DNA of 64,000 bases from a bacterium. Its GTDB lineage: Bacteria > Patescibacteriota > Minisyncoccia > Phycocordibacterales > UBA12079. Below the pieces are notes generated by a model. It was not told where the DNA came from. It ran no database searches and saw only the letters and a program-made list of their open reading frames with translations. Below are positions 9,850 to 20,092 of this stretch, piece by piece (within the stretch, counting starts at the first letter, position 1; the number at the start of each line of letters is the position of its first letter). Both the position numbers and the translations under genes were made by a program. Where the stretch lies: positions 1,073 through 65,072 of the forward strand of contig DAOWHH010000016.1 of assembly GCA_030641525.1 (NCBI GenBank). Reading direction: 5' to 3'.

Positions 9850-12084
9850 TTGGCTATGACAAAGTTATTAATTGTTGAGTCACCAGCAAAATCAAAAACT
9901 ATTTCAAAATATCTTGGTAGCGACTATGTCGTGGAATCTTCTATTGGGCATATTCGTGATATTCCTAAATCAAATTCTAAAAAAGTTAATGCTGTTGATA
10001 TTGAAAATAATTTCAAACCAAATTACGAAACAATCAAAGGAAAAGAAAAGGTTATTGCTACTTTAAAAAGAGAAGCAACAAAGGCTGACGAGGTTCTACT
10101 TGCGATGGATCCAGACCGTGAAGGAGAAGCTATCGCTTGGCATATCGCTGAAGTTTTAAAAATGCCCAAAGCTCAAAGAGTGGTTTTTAACGAAATTACA
10201 GAAGAAGCTGTTCAAGAGGCAATAAAAAATCCTCGTGAAATTGACCAAAAATTAAGAAGGGCTCAAGAAGCCAGAAGAATTTTAGATAGATTATTTGGTT
10301 ATGGTTTAAGTGGATTAATTTGGAAAAAATTAAGATACGGACTTTCCGCAGGAAGAGTTCAATCCCCTGCTCTTAGAATTATAATGGAAAGAGAAAGATT
10401 AATTAGAGCTTTTATTCCAGAAAATTTCTGGGTAATTACAGCAGACCTTAAAACAAAAATAGGAAATATTTTAACCCTTACTTGTTCTGAAGAACCAAAA
10501 GATGAAAAAAGAGTGGCTAATATTTTAAAAATCGGAAAAAAAGAAAAATGGACAGTATCAGAAATTAAAGAAACAGAAACTAAAAGATCACCTCGTGCTC
10601 CATTTATTACTTCCACCTTACAACAAACAGCTAGTTCTCGTTTAGGATTTTCCCCTAGCCAAACTATGATGTTTGCTCAAAAGCTTTACGAAGCGGGATA
10701 TATCACCTATATGCGAACTGACAGTATTACTTTAAGTGCTAACGCCCAAAAACAAGCTCATTCTGTTATATCTAAAGAATACGGAAAGGAATATTTAAGT
10801 CCTAGAGTATTTAAGTCTAAAAGCAAAAATGCTCAAGAGGCTCACGAGGCAATCCGACCTTCTAATTTAAGTGTAGTCACTGCTGGAAAAACTCCCGAAC
10901 AAAATAAATTATATACTCTTATTCGTCAAAGAACTTTAGCTTCTCAAATGAGTGATGCTAAATTATTAAAAACAAAAATAATTACCCGTATTGGAAAAAG
11001 AGCTAAAAAAGACTTTAAACTTACGAGTGGACAAAGTGATGATTTTCCGTATTTTTTTATAAATGGTTCACGATTACTTTTTGATGGTTGGCTAAAAGTT
11101 GATCCATTAGCTCGTGGAGAAGATATTGAAGTTCCAGAGATTAAAAAAGGTGACGCTTTAGACCTATTAGAAATGAAAACTGAGGCTAAAGAAACTCAAC
11201 CGCCAACACGCTACTCAGAAGCATCTTTAATTAAAGAATTAGAAAAAAGAGGATTGGGTCGCCCAAGTACTTATGCTACAATAACTAAAACACTCTATAA
11301 TAGAGCTTATATTGAGAAAATAAATAAAGCTTTACACCCAACCGACACAGGAGATATTGTTAGTTCTTTTTTAGAAGATCATTTTACCAATTATATTAGT
11401 GATGATTTCACTGCCAAAATGGAAGATGAATTAGACGACATAGCTAACGGAGATGATACCTATGAAAATTTACTTAATAATTTTTATAAACCTTTTATAA
11501 AAACAATGAAAGAAAAAGAATCTATAGAAAAAATATCTAATTTAGGACCAGCTGATGAAAAATACAAATGTCCTAAATGTAAAGCCAAGATGGTAATCAA
11601 ATTAGGTAAAACTGGTAAATTTATAAGTTGTGAAAAATTCCCTGATTGTGATGGAGCTTTGACTATAGACGGAGAAGAAATGGCTGGACCTCAGGAAACA
11701 GGAGAAAAATGTCCTGATTGTGGAGAGAAAAAAGATGGTAAATTAGTTATCAGAGAAGGTCGTTTTGGAAAATTCATTTCCTGTTCCAATTATCCAAAAT
11801 GTAAATATATTAAAAATGATCCTGAAGAAGAAAAGAAAAAAATGACAGGAGTTAAATGTCCTGATTGTGGAAAGGGAGAAATGATGGAAAGAAATGGAAG
11901 ATTTGGAATCTTTTATAGTTGTTCAAATTACCCTAAATGTAAAAATGCTATTAAAGCCAAGCCAACCGGAAAATTATGTCCAATGTGTAGTAAATTAATG
12001 ATGGAAGGAACTAAAACCATCCCAGAAAGGTGTTCAGATAAAACTTGCCCTAACCATAGACCAGATAGATTAAAGCCTGTTTAG
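9850..12084 (+). CDS. topA: DNA topoisomerase I with four C-terminal zinc ribbons
   Basis: 744 aa. TOPRIM N-terminus (LLIVESPAKSKTISKYLG), the active-site region, and four CPxCx(n)CxxC motifs at the C-terminus. Confidence 0.9.
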   Translation: MAMTKLLIVESPAKSKTISKYLGSDYVVESSIGHIRDIPKSNSKKVNAVDIENNFKPNYETIKGKEKVIATLKREATKADEVLLAMDPDREGEAIAWHIAEVLKMPKAQRVVFNEITEEAVQEAIKNPREIDQKLRRAQEARRILDRLFGYGLSGLIWKKLRYGLSAGRVQSPALRIIMERERLIRAFIPENFWVITADLKTKIGNILTLTCSEEPKDEKRVANILKIGKKEKWTVSEIKETETKRSPRAPFITSTLQQTASSRLGFSPSQTMMFAQKLYEAGYITYMRTDSITLSANAQKQAHSVISKEYGKEYLSPRVFKSKSKNAQEAHEAIRPSNLSVVTAGKTPEQNKLYTLIRQRTLASQMSDAKLLKTKIITRIGKRAKKDFKLTSGQSDDFPYFFINGSRLLFDGWLKVDPLARGEDIEVPEIKKGDALDLLEMKTEAKETQPPTRYSEASLIKELEKRGLGRPSTYATITKTLYNRAYIEKINKALHPTDTGDIVSSFLEDHFTNYISDDFTAKMEDELDDIANGDDTYENLLNNFYKPFIKTMKEKESIEKISNLGPADEKYKCPKCKAKMVIKLGKTGKFISCEKFPDCDGALTIDGEEMAGPQETGEKCPDCGEKKDGKLVIREGRFGKFISCSNYPKCKYIKNDPEEEKKKMTGVKCPDCGKGEMMERNGRFGIFYSCSNYPKCKNAIKAKPTGKLCPMCSKLMMEGTKTIPERCSDKTCPNHRPDRLKPV

Positions 12085-12173
12085 GATCTTAGAGAAAAAA
12101 GAAAAAAGTCCGATTGTTAATATAATCGAACTTTTAAAATAATACCGACTCAATGATTTTAGAAAATTTTTGG

Positions 12174-12488
12174 TTAATCGTTCCAAAAAGCTGCAGCTGG
12201 ATTATCATAACCTTCTATTTTAGATGCCGAGCACCTATCTTCCAACTCCTGTATAAACTTATCAATTTCAGAATCGTTTTTTTCTTCAGCTAAATCTCTT
12301 GCCATCTTAGTTACTTTAGCAAACGCTTTATTAGCCTGAACAATTGCATCGCCTAATTGTTTTTTACGAAGCCATTTTTTAAAAAACTCTTCTATCATCC
12401 TATCTGTGATATATGTTTCAAATTCAGACGACCAAACCCTAAACACACGACCTTGACGATCAATAATAATATCTTTACTGATTTCCAT
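12174..12488 (-). CDS. Hypothetical protein
   Basis: 104-aa ORF with no recognisable motif. Confidence 0.35.
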   Translation of the reverse strand: MEISKDIIIDRQGRVFRVWSSEFETYITDRMIEEFFKKWLRKKQLGDAIVQANKAFAKVTKMARDLAEEKNDSEIDKFIQELEDRCSASKIEGYDNPAAAFWND

Positions 12489-12610
12489 AGAAACCCCTCG
12501 TTTTAAACGGTTATATATTTTCTTTCTGACTTAAACTTATGTATAGCAGATTACTTGTTTTTTAAAAATAAGTCAATAACGACTATTTTTATTTTTTATG
12601 ACATAATAAT

Positions 12611-12689
12611 TAAGTAGTAAGTATTAGGTATGTAAAATTCGCTTTGCGAATTTTAGCTTAATACTTACTACTTGATACTTAATACTTAT
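12611..12689. repeat. Palindromic intergenic element around AAAATTCGCTTTGCGAATTTT
   Basis: Arms TAAGTAGTAAGTATTAG and CTAATACTTACTACTT flank the CGC-TTT-GCG hairpin. Same family as 2936-2982. Confidence 0.7.
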
Positions 12690-12691
12690 CT

Positions 12692-13063
12692 ATGGATATT
12701 AAAAACACCACTAAACAAAATAATCCTCGCATCCCTGCACAAAAAATCAAAGACAAAATCTTAGGTAAAAATTATAAATTGTCTTTAGTTTTTTGTGGTG
12801 ATAAATTATCTAAAAGATTAAATAAAGAATATAGAAAAATTGACAAAGCTACAGACATTTTAAGTTTTCCTCTTTCAAAAGATGAGGGTGAGATTTTTAT
12901 AAATCTTAATTTAAGTAAAAAGAAAGCGAGTGAATATAATAGAAATTACACAAATTTTATCGCCTTTTTACTTATCCACGGTTTATTGCATTTGAAAGGT
13001 TACTCACATAGTAGTAAAATGGAGAAGGAAGAAGAAAAAATCCGAAAAGTTTTTAATATTTAG
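12692..13063 (+). CDS. ybeY: rRNA maturation endoribonuclease YbeY
   Basis: 123 aa with the HGLLHLKGYSH metal-binding motif. Confidence 0.8.
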   Translation: MDIKNTTKQNNPRIPAQKIKDKILGKNYKLSLVFCGDKLSKRLNKEYRKIDKATDILSFPLSKDEGEIFINLNLSKKKASEYNRNYTNFIAFLLIHGLLHLKGYSHSSKMEKEEEKIRKVFNI

Positions 13064-13186
13064 AGCCTGTCTATCAACAGGCGAGTTCATAAAGTTAAAA
13101 GTTTTTAAAATTTAAAGTAAAAATTTGCAGAGCAAATTTTTATAACTTTTAACTTTATAAACTTTACAAACTTTCTACTTATTTTT

Positions 13187-14355
13187 ATGTCAAAAAAATT
13201 GCAGTTGGAATAGATGTTGGATCATATCAAATAAAAGTAGTTGTCACCGAATTAGTCAAAAAGGACAACAAATATGTTCCTGAAGTGATAGGAAAGGGTC
13301 TTCATAAATCCAAAGGGTTAATGCATGGTTATATCATAAATAAAAATGAAGTGTCAAGAAGCATTATCAGTGCAGTAGAACAGGCTGAAACACAATCTGG
13401 AGTAAAAATTAAAAAAGCTTTCATATCAATAGGTGGTGTTAGTTTAGAAGGAATTAATTTAAAAAGTACTACCATTATTACCCGTGCTGATTTAGAAGTG
13501 ACTCAAATAGACTTAGACAATATAAACATAGAAAACGAAAAGAACCCAGCTCTCCTTAATAAAAAAATAATTAGTGCCATTCCGATTGAATACAAAATAG
13601 ATGATAAAAAAGTATTAGGTAATCCTATCGGAATGCAAGGATCAAAATTAAAATCAGAAATATTGTACATTACCTGTCTTAAACAACATCTCCATGACCT
13701 TATTCAAGCTATTGAAGAAGTAGATATAGAAGTGGAAGATGTTTACGCTTCTCCAATAGCTGGATCTTTTGTCACCCTAACAAAATCACAAAAAATAGCT
13801 GGTTGTGTATTAGCTAATTTAGGATCTGAAACAGTTTCAATCATTGTATTTGAAAATGATATCCCTATTTCTTTGGAAATACTTCCAATTGGATCAACTA
13901 ATATTACAAATAATATAGCTTTAGAATTAAAAACCACATTAGAAGAAGCAGAAAAGATTAAACACGGAATTTTAACTTCTACTATATATCCAAAAAAGAA
14001 ATTAGATGAAATTGTCAAAATTCAATTAGAAAATATTTTTAAATTAATAGAAGCTCATTTGAAAAAGATAAATAGAAATGCCTTATTACCAGCTGGAATT
14101 ATAATTTCAGGAGGAGGGTCAGGTATAACTACAATAAAAGATTTAGCTGAAGCTTATCTAAATATACCATCACGAATAGCTAATTTAAATTTTATAAATA
14201 ATTCAAGTGAAATTATTCATGATTCAACATGGGCAGTAGCCTATGGTTTATGTTTAATGGGCTTAAGTTCTGATAGAGAAAAATCTTCCTCATTTAATAG
14301 CATTTCAGGATTTATTAAACAGATCAAAAACTGGATAGCACAATATTTTGTATAG
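13187..14355 (+). CDS. ftsA: Cell division protein FtsA, with an apparent frameshift in an A7 run at 13192-13198
   Basis: ATG at 13187 gives MSKK and then runs out of frame. Frame 1 from 13189 gives KKIAVGIDVGSYQIKVVV, the phosphate-1 motif, and continues into ORF 13285-14355. Adding one A (A8) yields MSKKIAVGIDVGS.... The track ORF alone lacks this essential N-terminus. Confidence 0.75.
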
Positions 14356-14423
14356 ACTTGTGTTTTTTGTTAATATATATTAGAAATAATAGATAAATAA
14401 CTTATTATTATAAGGAAATCAAT

Positions 14424-15614
14424 ATGCCAAAAATTAACACAGATGTAGAAGCGTTCGCTAGAATAAAAATCATTGGAATTGGTGGTGCAGGAAAAAACGC
14501 TACTAATTATATGATAAAGTCAAAAGTACAAGGAGTAGAGTTTATAGCTATAAATACTGATGCTCAGGATCTTCATCATTCACTATCAAAAAAGAAAATT
14601 CACATTGGTAAGCATTTAACTAATGGCTTAGGAGCAGGAATGAATCCAGAAATAGGTAAAAAAGCAGCTGAAGAAACAGTTGAGGAAATTCAAGATATCT
14701 TGAAAGGAGCCAATATGGTTTTCATTACTGCTGGTATGGGTGGAGGTACTGGTACAGGTGCAGCCCCTATTATAGCTAAAACAGCTAAAGATTTAGGTGT
14801 ACTTACAGTAGCAGTTGTAACGAAACCGTTTTTATTTGAAGGAGCAAAAAGAATGTCAATTGCAGAACAAGGACTTGAAAAATTAAAAGAATCTGTGGAT
14901 GCATTGATAGTTATTCCTAATGATCGCATATTAAGTGTTGCTCCAGAAGGAACTACAATGGATAATGCTTTTGCTATGAGTGATAAAATACTGAAAGAAG
15001 CAGTTGAAGGTATCTCAGATCTTATTACCGTTCCTGGAAGAATTAATGTTGATTTCGCTGATATCTTGGCAATTATGGGTAATGCTGGTTCTGCACTTAT
15101 GGGTATAGGAAAAGCAATTGGAGAAAATAGAGCTGAGGAAGCAGCAAAAATGGCTATTAATTCCCCACTATTAGATATCTCCATAGCAGGAGCTAAAGGA
15201 GTTCTTCTTTCAGTTGCAGGAGGTGATGATCTAACAATAAATGAAATTCAAAATGCAGCTAAGATTATAACAGAATCAATTGATCCAGATGCTAAAGTTA
15301 TATTTGGAACATCAAAGACAGATAAATTAAAGAAGAATGAAATTAAAGTCACAGTTATTGCTACCGGTTTTAAAGACGGAGTAAAAAATACAGTCAATAC
15401 TGGAGGAATATTTCAAAAACCAATTAAAATTGAAGAAGAAAAAGGAGGTATTTTTGGAGGATCAAATAAAAAAACAGAAGCATCTGATAAAAATAAAACT
15501 GAAGAAAAGAAAAAGCCAGAATCCAAAAAGAATATAATTATAGAAGAAAACGAGGATGATGATGACACATGGGACGCAATTCCATCTTTTCTTAAACGAT
15601 CTAAGTTGAAATAG
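14424..15614 (+). CDS. ftsZ: Cell division GTPase FtsZ
   Basis: 396 aa with GGGTGTG and NTDAQ motifs and an acidic C-terminal tail. Confidence 0.95.
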   Translation: MPKINTDVEAFARIKIIGIGGAGKNATNYMIKSKVQGVEFIAINTDAQDLHHSLSKKKIHIGKHLTNGLGAGMNPEIGKKAAEETVEEIQDILKGANMVFITAGMGGGTGTGAAPIIAKTAKDLGVLTVAVVTKPFLFEGAKRMSIAEQGLEKLKESVDALIVIPNDRILSVAPEGTTMDNAFAMSDKILKEAVEGISDLITVPGRINVDFADILAIMGNAGSALMGIGKAIGENRAEEAAKMAINSPLLDISIAGAKGVLLSVAGGDDLTINEIQNAAKIITESIDPDAKVIFGTSKTDKLKKNEIKVTVIATGFKDGVKNTVNTGGIFQKPIKIEEEKGGIFGGSNKKTEASDKNKTEEKKKPESKKNIIIEENEDDDDTWDAIPSFLKRSKLK

Positions 15615-15620
15615 GAAATA

Positions 15621-15713
15621 GCTTACTAGCTTTTTGGCTTGTTAGAGAAAAAATCGCTTTGCGATTTTTTCCCTAATTAGCTAACCAGCTATAAGCTAGT
15701 AAGCTAAAATAAG
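15621..15713. repeat. Palindromic intergenic element around GAAAAAATCGCTTTGCGATTTTTTC
   Basis: Same conserved hairpin core with extended imperfect inverted arms (GCTTACTAGC / GCTAGTAAGC). Confidence 0.7.
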
Positions 15714-15833
15714 TAGTAAGTATTGAATATCAAGTATGAAAAACTTTACTTCGTAAAATTTTTACCTTTAATTATTAGTATAATAAATAAAAAGTAGAAA
15801 GTTAAAAGTAGAATATTGAGAAAAATTTGCTTC

Positions 15834-15962
15834 CTAAATTAAAACTTTGTTTTAATCCTAAATTAAAACTTTGTTTTAATCCTAAATTAAAACTTTGTTT
15901 TAATCGGACGAACATCAAAGATGTTTTAGTCGGACGAACATTCTTTAGAATGTTTTAGTCGC
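15834..15962. repeat. Array of five tandem palindromic units upstream of trxB
   Basis: Three copies of CCTAAATTAAAACTTTGTTTTAAT (24 bp, each containing the palindrome TTAAAAC-TTT-GTTTTAA). Then CGGACGAACATCAAAGATGTTTTAGT and CGGACGAACATTCTTTAGAATGTTTTAGT, each also palindromic. Confidence 0.8.
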
Positions 15963-15988
15963 AAATTTTTCCGCCTAATACTTAATAC

Positions 15989-16924
15989 TTGCTACTTAAT
16001 ACTATGTTGTTTGATTTAGTAATAATCGGCGGAGGGCCAGCTGGTGTAGCCGCTGGCGTTTACGCTTCAAGAAAAAAAATAAAAACACTTTTTATCGCCA
16101 AAAACTTTGAGGGACAAAGCACTGTTTCGTCTGAAATTCAAAATTGGATAGGCACAATCAAAATTTCTGGAGCAGAATTATCTAAAAATCTAGAAAATCA
16201 TCTATTAGCATATAAAAACGATGTTATAGATATAAAAAAAGAATTAGTTGAGAATATAGTAAAAAAAGACTCTATTTTTGAAATAAAAACAGATAAAGAT
16301 AATTACCAAGCCAAAACTATTCTTGTGAGCTCAGGAAGCAAAAGAAAAAAACTAGAAATTCCAGGAGCTGAAAAATACGAAGGAAAAGGAGTTGTTTATT
16401 GTGCCACTTGTGATGGTCCTCTATTTACAGATAAAGATGTCGTAGTAATAGGTGGAGGAAATGCGGGATTTGAAAGTGTTTTACAACTTTTAGCTTATGC
16501 TAAAAGTGTCACTTTATTACAAAGATCAGATAAGTTTCGTGCTGATGAAATAACAATTAAAAATATATCTAAGAATCCAAAATTCAAAGCAATATTAAAT
16601 GCCAAAATATCAGAAATTAAAGGAGATAATTTCGTAAAATCAATTGTTTACAAAAACCCCAAAACTGGAGAAGAAAAAGAAATTCAAACAGAAGGGGTAT
16701 TCATAGAAATAGGTTCTATCCCTACTACGGATATTGTTAAAGATTTAGTTAATTTAGATGATTATAGGGCTATTATTGTTGATCATATGACACAAAAAAC
16801 TTCATTAGAAGGAATTTGGGCAGCTGGAGACTGTACTAATGGATTATATAAACAAAATAATATTGCAGTTGGAGACGGAATCAAAGCTTTAGAGAATATT
16901 CATCAATGGCTACAAAATCATTAA
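15989..16924 (+). CDS. trxB: Thioredoxin-disulfide reductase
   Basis: 311 aa with FAD (GGGPAG) and NADPH (GGGNAG) binding motifs and the redox-active CATCDG. Confidence 0.9.
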   Translation: MLLNTMLFDLVIIGGGPAGVAAGVYASRKKIKTLFIAKNFEGQSTVSSEIQNWIGTIKISGAELSKNLENHLLAYKNDVIDIKKELVENIVKKDSIFEIKTDKDNYQAKTILVSSGSKRKKLEIPGAEKYEGKGVVYCATCDGPLFTDKDVVVIGGGNAGFESVLQLLAYAKSVTLLQRSDKFRADEITIKNISKNPKFKAILNAKISEIKGDNFVKSIVYKNPKTGEEKEIQTEGVFIEIGSIPTTDIVKDLVNLDDYRAIIVDHMTQKTSLEGIWAAGDCTNGLYKQNNIAVGDGIKALENIHQWLQNH

Positions 16925-16940
16925 TATGAAAGTAAAAAAT

Positions 16941-16970
16941 AGAGGGTATTTTACCTCCCTCTTTTTTTTA
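16941..16970 (+). terminator. Intrinsic terminator after trxB
   Basis: AGAGGG...CCCTCT hairpin followed by T8. Confidence 0.55.
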
Positions 16971-16985
16971 ATAAACCTCCCAGGT

Positions 16986-17123
16986 CTAGCTACATTTTGG
17001 TTCATCTGTTTTTTTAAAGAATTTTATTTTAGGAAAACCCTTTAAATATACATAAAGAACAAGTAATGATATTATCCCTACGAATATCTTACTTAAATCA
17101 CTATTAAAAAATAATTCCAACAT
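16986..17123 (-). CDS. Possible small hydrophobic protein (45 aa), below the ORF-track threshold
   Basis: Minus-strand ATG at 17121-17123 is preceded by AGGAGA with a 6-nt spacer. It encodes MLELFFNSDLSKIFVGIISLLVLYVYLKGFPKIKFFKKTDEPKCS. Confidence 0.3.
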   Translation of the reverse strand: MLELFFNSDLSKIFVGIISLLVLYVYLKGFPKIKFFKKTDEPKCS

Positions 17124-17316
17124 AATGTTTCTCCTATAAAAATTCACATTATATTATAAGTACAAATATACTTACATTAAATCACATATTATTTTATTTA
17201 CTAAAACCTTAGGTTGATAACTTTTATAGGATTATTATTTTCTAATTTATTTAGAATTACAAATTTGAAAAAACCAGCTATCGGATAGCTGGTTTTAGGG
17301 ACATTTTAATTATTTT

Positions 17317-18126
17317 TTAAACCTTCTTAAAAAACCCCTTCCCTTCTTGGCGAACTTTTTCATAAAGAATAATAGAAGTAGCCGAACCAACATTCAAAGA
17401 GTCAATCCCCCTTTTCATTGGAATAGATAATTTATTATCACAACGATTTGAAATATTATCTGATACCCCCTCTTTTTCAGAACCTAAAACAAAAGCCGTC
17501 GGACCTTTCAAATCTTCGTTTGAATAAATACTTCCTTCCATATCCAGAGTAAATATCTTAATACCATTTTTCTTAAGCTCTTTTAGGGCTTCAAAAATAT
17601 TCATTTTCACTAGGGGAATTCTAGCAATCGCTCCAATTGAAAACTGAATAGTATCTTCATTAAAAACCAAATTCATATCTTTTTGAAAAATTAAACCATT
17701 CACTCCTGCAGCAAAAGCTGTACGAGCAATAGTTCCAATATTAGTTGAATAATCAACCTTTTCAAGAAGCAAAAAGAAAGGTTCCTTATCTTTCTCGTAA
17801 AGATTACCTAATAATTTTTTTAAAGTAATAGATTCCTTTCGTTTTAAAATACCTAAAACAGCTTCTCTGCTTTCACGATCTCTTCTTTTAGCCATCTTAC
17901 TATAAGGTGTATTTTCAATTGGTATTTGTCTTTTATTAGCTTCCGATACAATTGCCTTGGTTAAATCATCTTGTTCAAGACCAGCCAATATTACTATTTT
18001 TTCAAAAGCAACATCGCCAATCAGCAATTCATAGATAGCATTTTTATTTCTTATTTTTATCATCTTTTTAGGATACAGGATTATAGAGGTTTTTTCAATG
18101 ATTTGATTTTTGAATAAAAAAATCAC
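17317..18126 (-). CDS. TrmH/SpoU-family RNA 2'-O-methyltransferase (RlmB-like)
   Basis: A SpoU methylase domain (VDYSTNIGTIARTAFAAGVNGLIF ... LGSEKEGVS) with an N-terminal substrate-binding region. The true start is probably an internal Met. Confidence 0.75.
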   Translation of the reverse strand: MIFLFKNQIIEKTSIILYPKKMIKIRNKNAIYELLIGDVAFEKIVILAGLEQDDLTKAIVSEANKRQIPIENTPYSKMAKRRDRESREAVLGILKRKESITLKKLLGNLYEKDKEPFFLLLEKVDYSTNIGTIARTAFAAGVNGLIFQKDMNLVFNEDTIQFSIGAIARIPLVKMNIFEALKELKKNGIKIFTLDMEGSIYSNEDLKGPTAFVLGSEKEGVSDNISNRCDNKLSIPMKRGIDSLNVGSATSIILYEKVRQEGKGFFKKV

Positions 18127-18170
18127 CGTTCATTTTCAATTACTAGGTGATTTGTGTTAAAAACCAAGGA

Positions 18171-18572
18171 TTAATCATCTCTACAAATTGTTGGTAGAAA
18201 TCGCCCTTTTAATCTTCTCGTATGAGAAAACAAAGGTGCGCCATCTTTATAAGAAGATATTTCAAAACCATCTTCTAGTTTTATCCATTTGGTTTTCGAC
18301 GTAATCTTAACAATATTATCTTTGATTTCAAGTGGATACTTTGATAAGTCAGAAACACGAATTTTATTCTTAACACATTCTGCAATAAGAATTACTTCTG
18401 TATTCCTTATAAGCCAAAGCCTTTTATCACATCCATTAGCTTTAAATTCTATTCTATCTACAGGTGTACTTCTTATTAGCTCATAACCATCAATACTTAC
18501 GATAAGAAGTAAACCACTTTTGTCATCTGAAACAATGCCATGTTGACAAAATTCCCAGTCGAACCAAGTCAT
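18171..18572 (-). CDS. Hypothetical protein
   Basis: 133-aa ORF with no motif recognised. Confidence 0.35.
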   Translation of the reverse strand: MTWFDWEFCQHGIVSDDKSGLLLIVSIDGYELIRSTPVDRIEFKANGCDKRLWLIRNTEVILIAECVKNKIRVSDLSKYPLEIKDNIVKITSKTKWIKLEDGFEISSYKDGAPLFSHTRRLKGRFLPTICRDD

Positions 18573-18705
18573 AATCCCCCTTTTCGATTTTTTTTATTTA
18601 AAATCAAATAACTTTAAACTTTATATTTTTTAACATATTTTTGATAAATTAGCAAGAGAAATATATTTAAATAAAAAAATCCCCAACAAAGTTGGGGTTT
18701 TTGTT

Positions 18706-18975
18706 TTACTTCGGCATCGGAAATGCTTCTTGAGCAATAGGAAGAATTAGGTTATGAGTAAACTCCTGAACTTCTTCTATTTTGATACCGAATCTTTTAG
18801 CAGTTAATCCAACCCAAATCTGAATAATTTCAGGATTAAATGAACCAAACCCTTCTTTCCGAACCAAATCCTGAAGTTGAGAATAACAATCTTTCTCCGA
18901 CCTTGGAATTAACTTTTGTTTTTTAAAAAGATATGAACGAGCTATCTCATTTTTTCGTTCTTCTGTCATAGCCAT
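18706..18975 (-). CDS. Hypothetical protein
   Basis: 89-aa ORF. Confidence 0.3.
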   Translation of the reverse strand: MAMTEERKNEIARSYLFKKQKLIPRSEKDCYSQLQDLVRKEGFGSFNPEIIQIWVGLTAKRFGIKIEEVQEFTHNLILPIAQEAFPMPK

Positions 18976-19165
18976 TGTAACCTCCTTTTAATGAACTTTT
19001 ACATAAATCTATAATTTGGTGAGATCAAATGATTTATGATTACGTTAATATGGTACTATAAAATAACAGGAATGTAAAGAATCTTTCTTTGCTCTTGTAA
19101 TTAATTTTTCTATAAAAAAACAGCTGATCAAATTAATCAACTGTTTAGAGGAAAAATGAAAGAGT

Positions 19166-19438
19166 TTAGATATGTTTGTAGCACACCACCACCTGAACAT
19201 CTCCGTACTTACCTTTTTCATTATATACGTCTTTTTTAATCAAGTTGTTCTTTTTTCTTCGTCTATCTTCACCTTCTTGTTGAACTTCCAAAGATACAGA
19301 AGATAGACAAGCACTAACAACTTCAATTGACTTTTGTTCATCAATCCATTTTTGAGCAACTTCTAAGGCTTTACTTGCACTCTCATAGAAACATGTCCTA
19401 TGAACAAGGATCTCTTCACTCATTTTTAATTCCTTCAA
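19166..19438 (-). CDS. Hypothetical protein
   Basis: 90-aa ORF. Confidence 0.3.
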   Translation of the reverse strand: MKELKMSEEILVHRTCFYESASKALEVAQKWIDEQKSIEVVSACLSSVSLEVQQEGEDRRRKKNNLIKKDVYNEKGKYGDVQVVVCYKHI

Positions 19439-19533
19439 TTATATTCAAATTTAAATTTGTCATAACACGAAATGATATACAAATATAAAATATATATATC
19501 ATAAACTGGTATTGAAAACAAATATCACAAAAA

Positions 19534-19938
19534 TCAATATTTATAATAATACTCATATCCATAACCCCATCTCCATGGAGCAGGAATTAAAGGGTGTCCA
19601 AAAGGTCTTATACCTAAATACATAATACTTCCCATTGGATATAGAATTTTATTTACTTCGTTTTTCAACTCTATGTCAGAGTTTTTTCTCTCTTCTGCAC
19701 TTCCTCCCGCCCAATATTGCATATCATGATTAATGCAAATATTTGTAAAATCAACTCCCAAAAAACCATTAGGCCAAAGGGAGCAACCATCTGTTGTGAA
19801 TCTTTTAGGAGGAATAACTTCTCTATTCTCTACGGATAATTTAATTAAATCTTCCATATTTGTTGGTTTGAATTTTTGATCGATGAGAACAATAATCAGG
19901 AAAATTATTAGGATTGTTATGAGGGATATCTTTTTCAT
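19534..19938 (-). CDS. Membrane-anchored or secreted protein with a prokaryotic phospholipase A2-like motif
   Basis: N-terminal TM or signal segment. Then GCSLWPNGF...CINHDMQYWAGG, resembling the C-x-x-H-D-x-x-Y catalytic signature of bacterial PLA2. Confidence 0.4.
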   Translation of the reverse strand: MKKISLITILIIFLIIVLIDQKFKPTNMEDLIKLSVENREVIPPKRFTTDGCSLWPNGFLGVDFTNICINHDMQYWAGGSAEERKNSDIELKNEVNKILYPMGSIMYLGIRPFGHPLIPAPWRWGYGYEYYYKY

Positions 19939-20092
19939 AAGGTTATTATAATATTTTTTTAATGTTGAGGTAAGGGTTATTGAAATAAAAAATCGCTAAA
20001 GTTTTGTTTTTAGCGATCTCGTCATAATAATCGGTTATTTAGAAATTTTGGATTATTACCCCATCTCCACCGTTAGCCATATCCATTATTGA

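Noticed and set aside
15834-15962. Possible CRISPR array (regular 24-29 bp repeats)
   Set aside because: Units are directly contiguous with no unique spacers, each unit is itself palindromic, and no cas genes are nearby. It behaves as a tandem repeat, not CRISPR.
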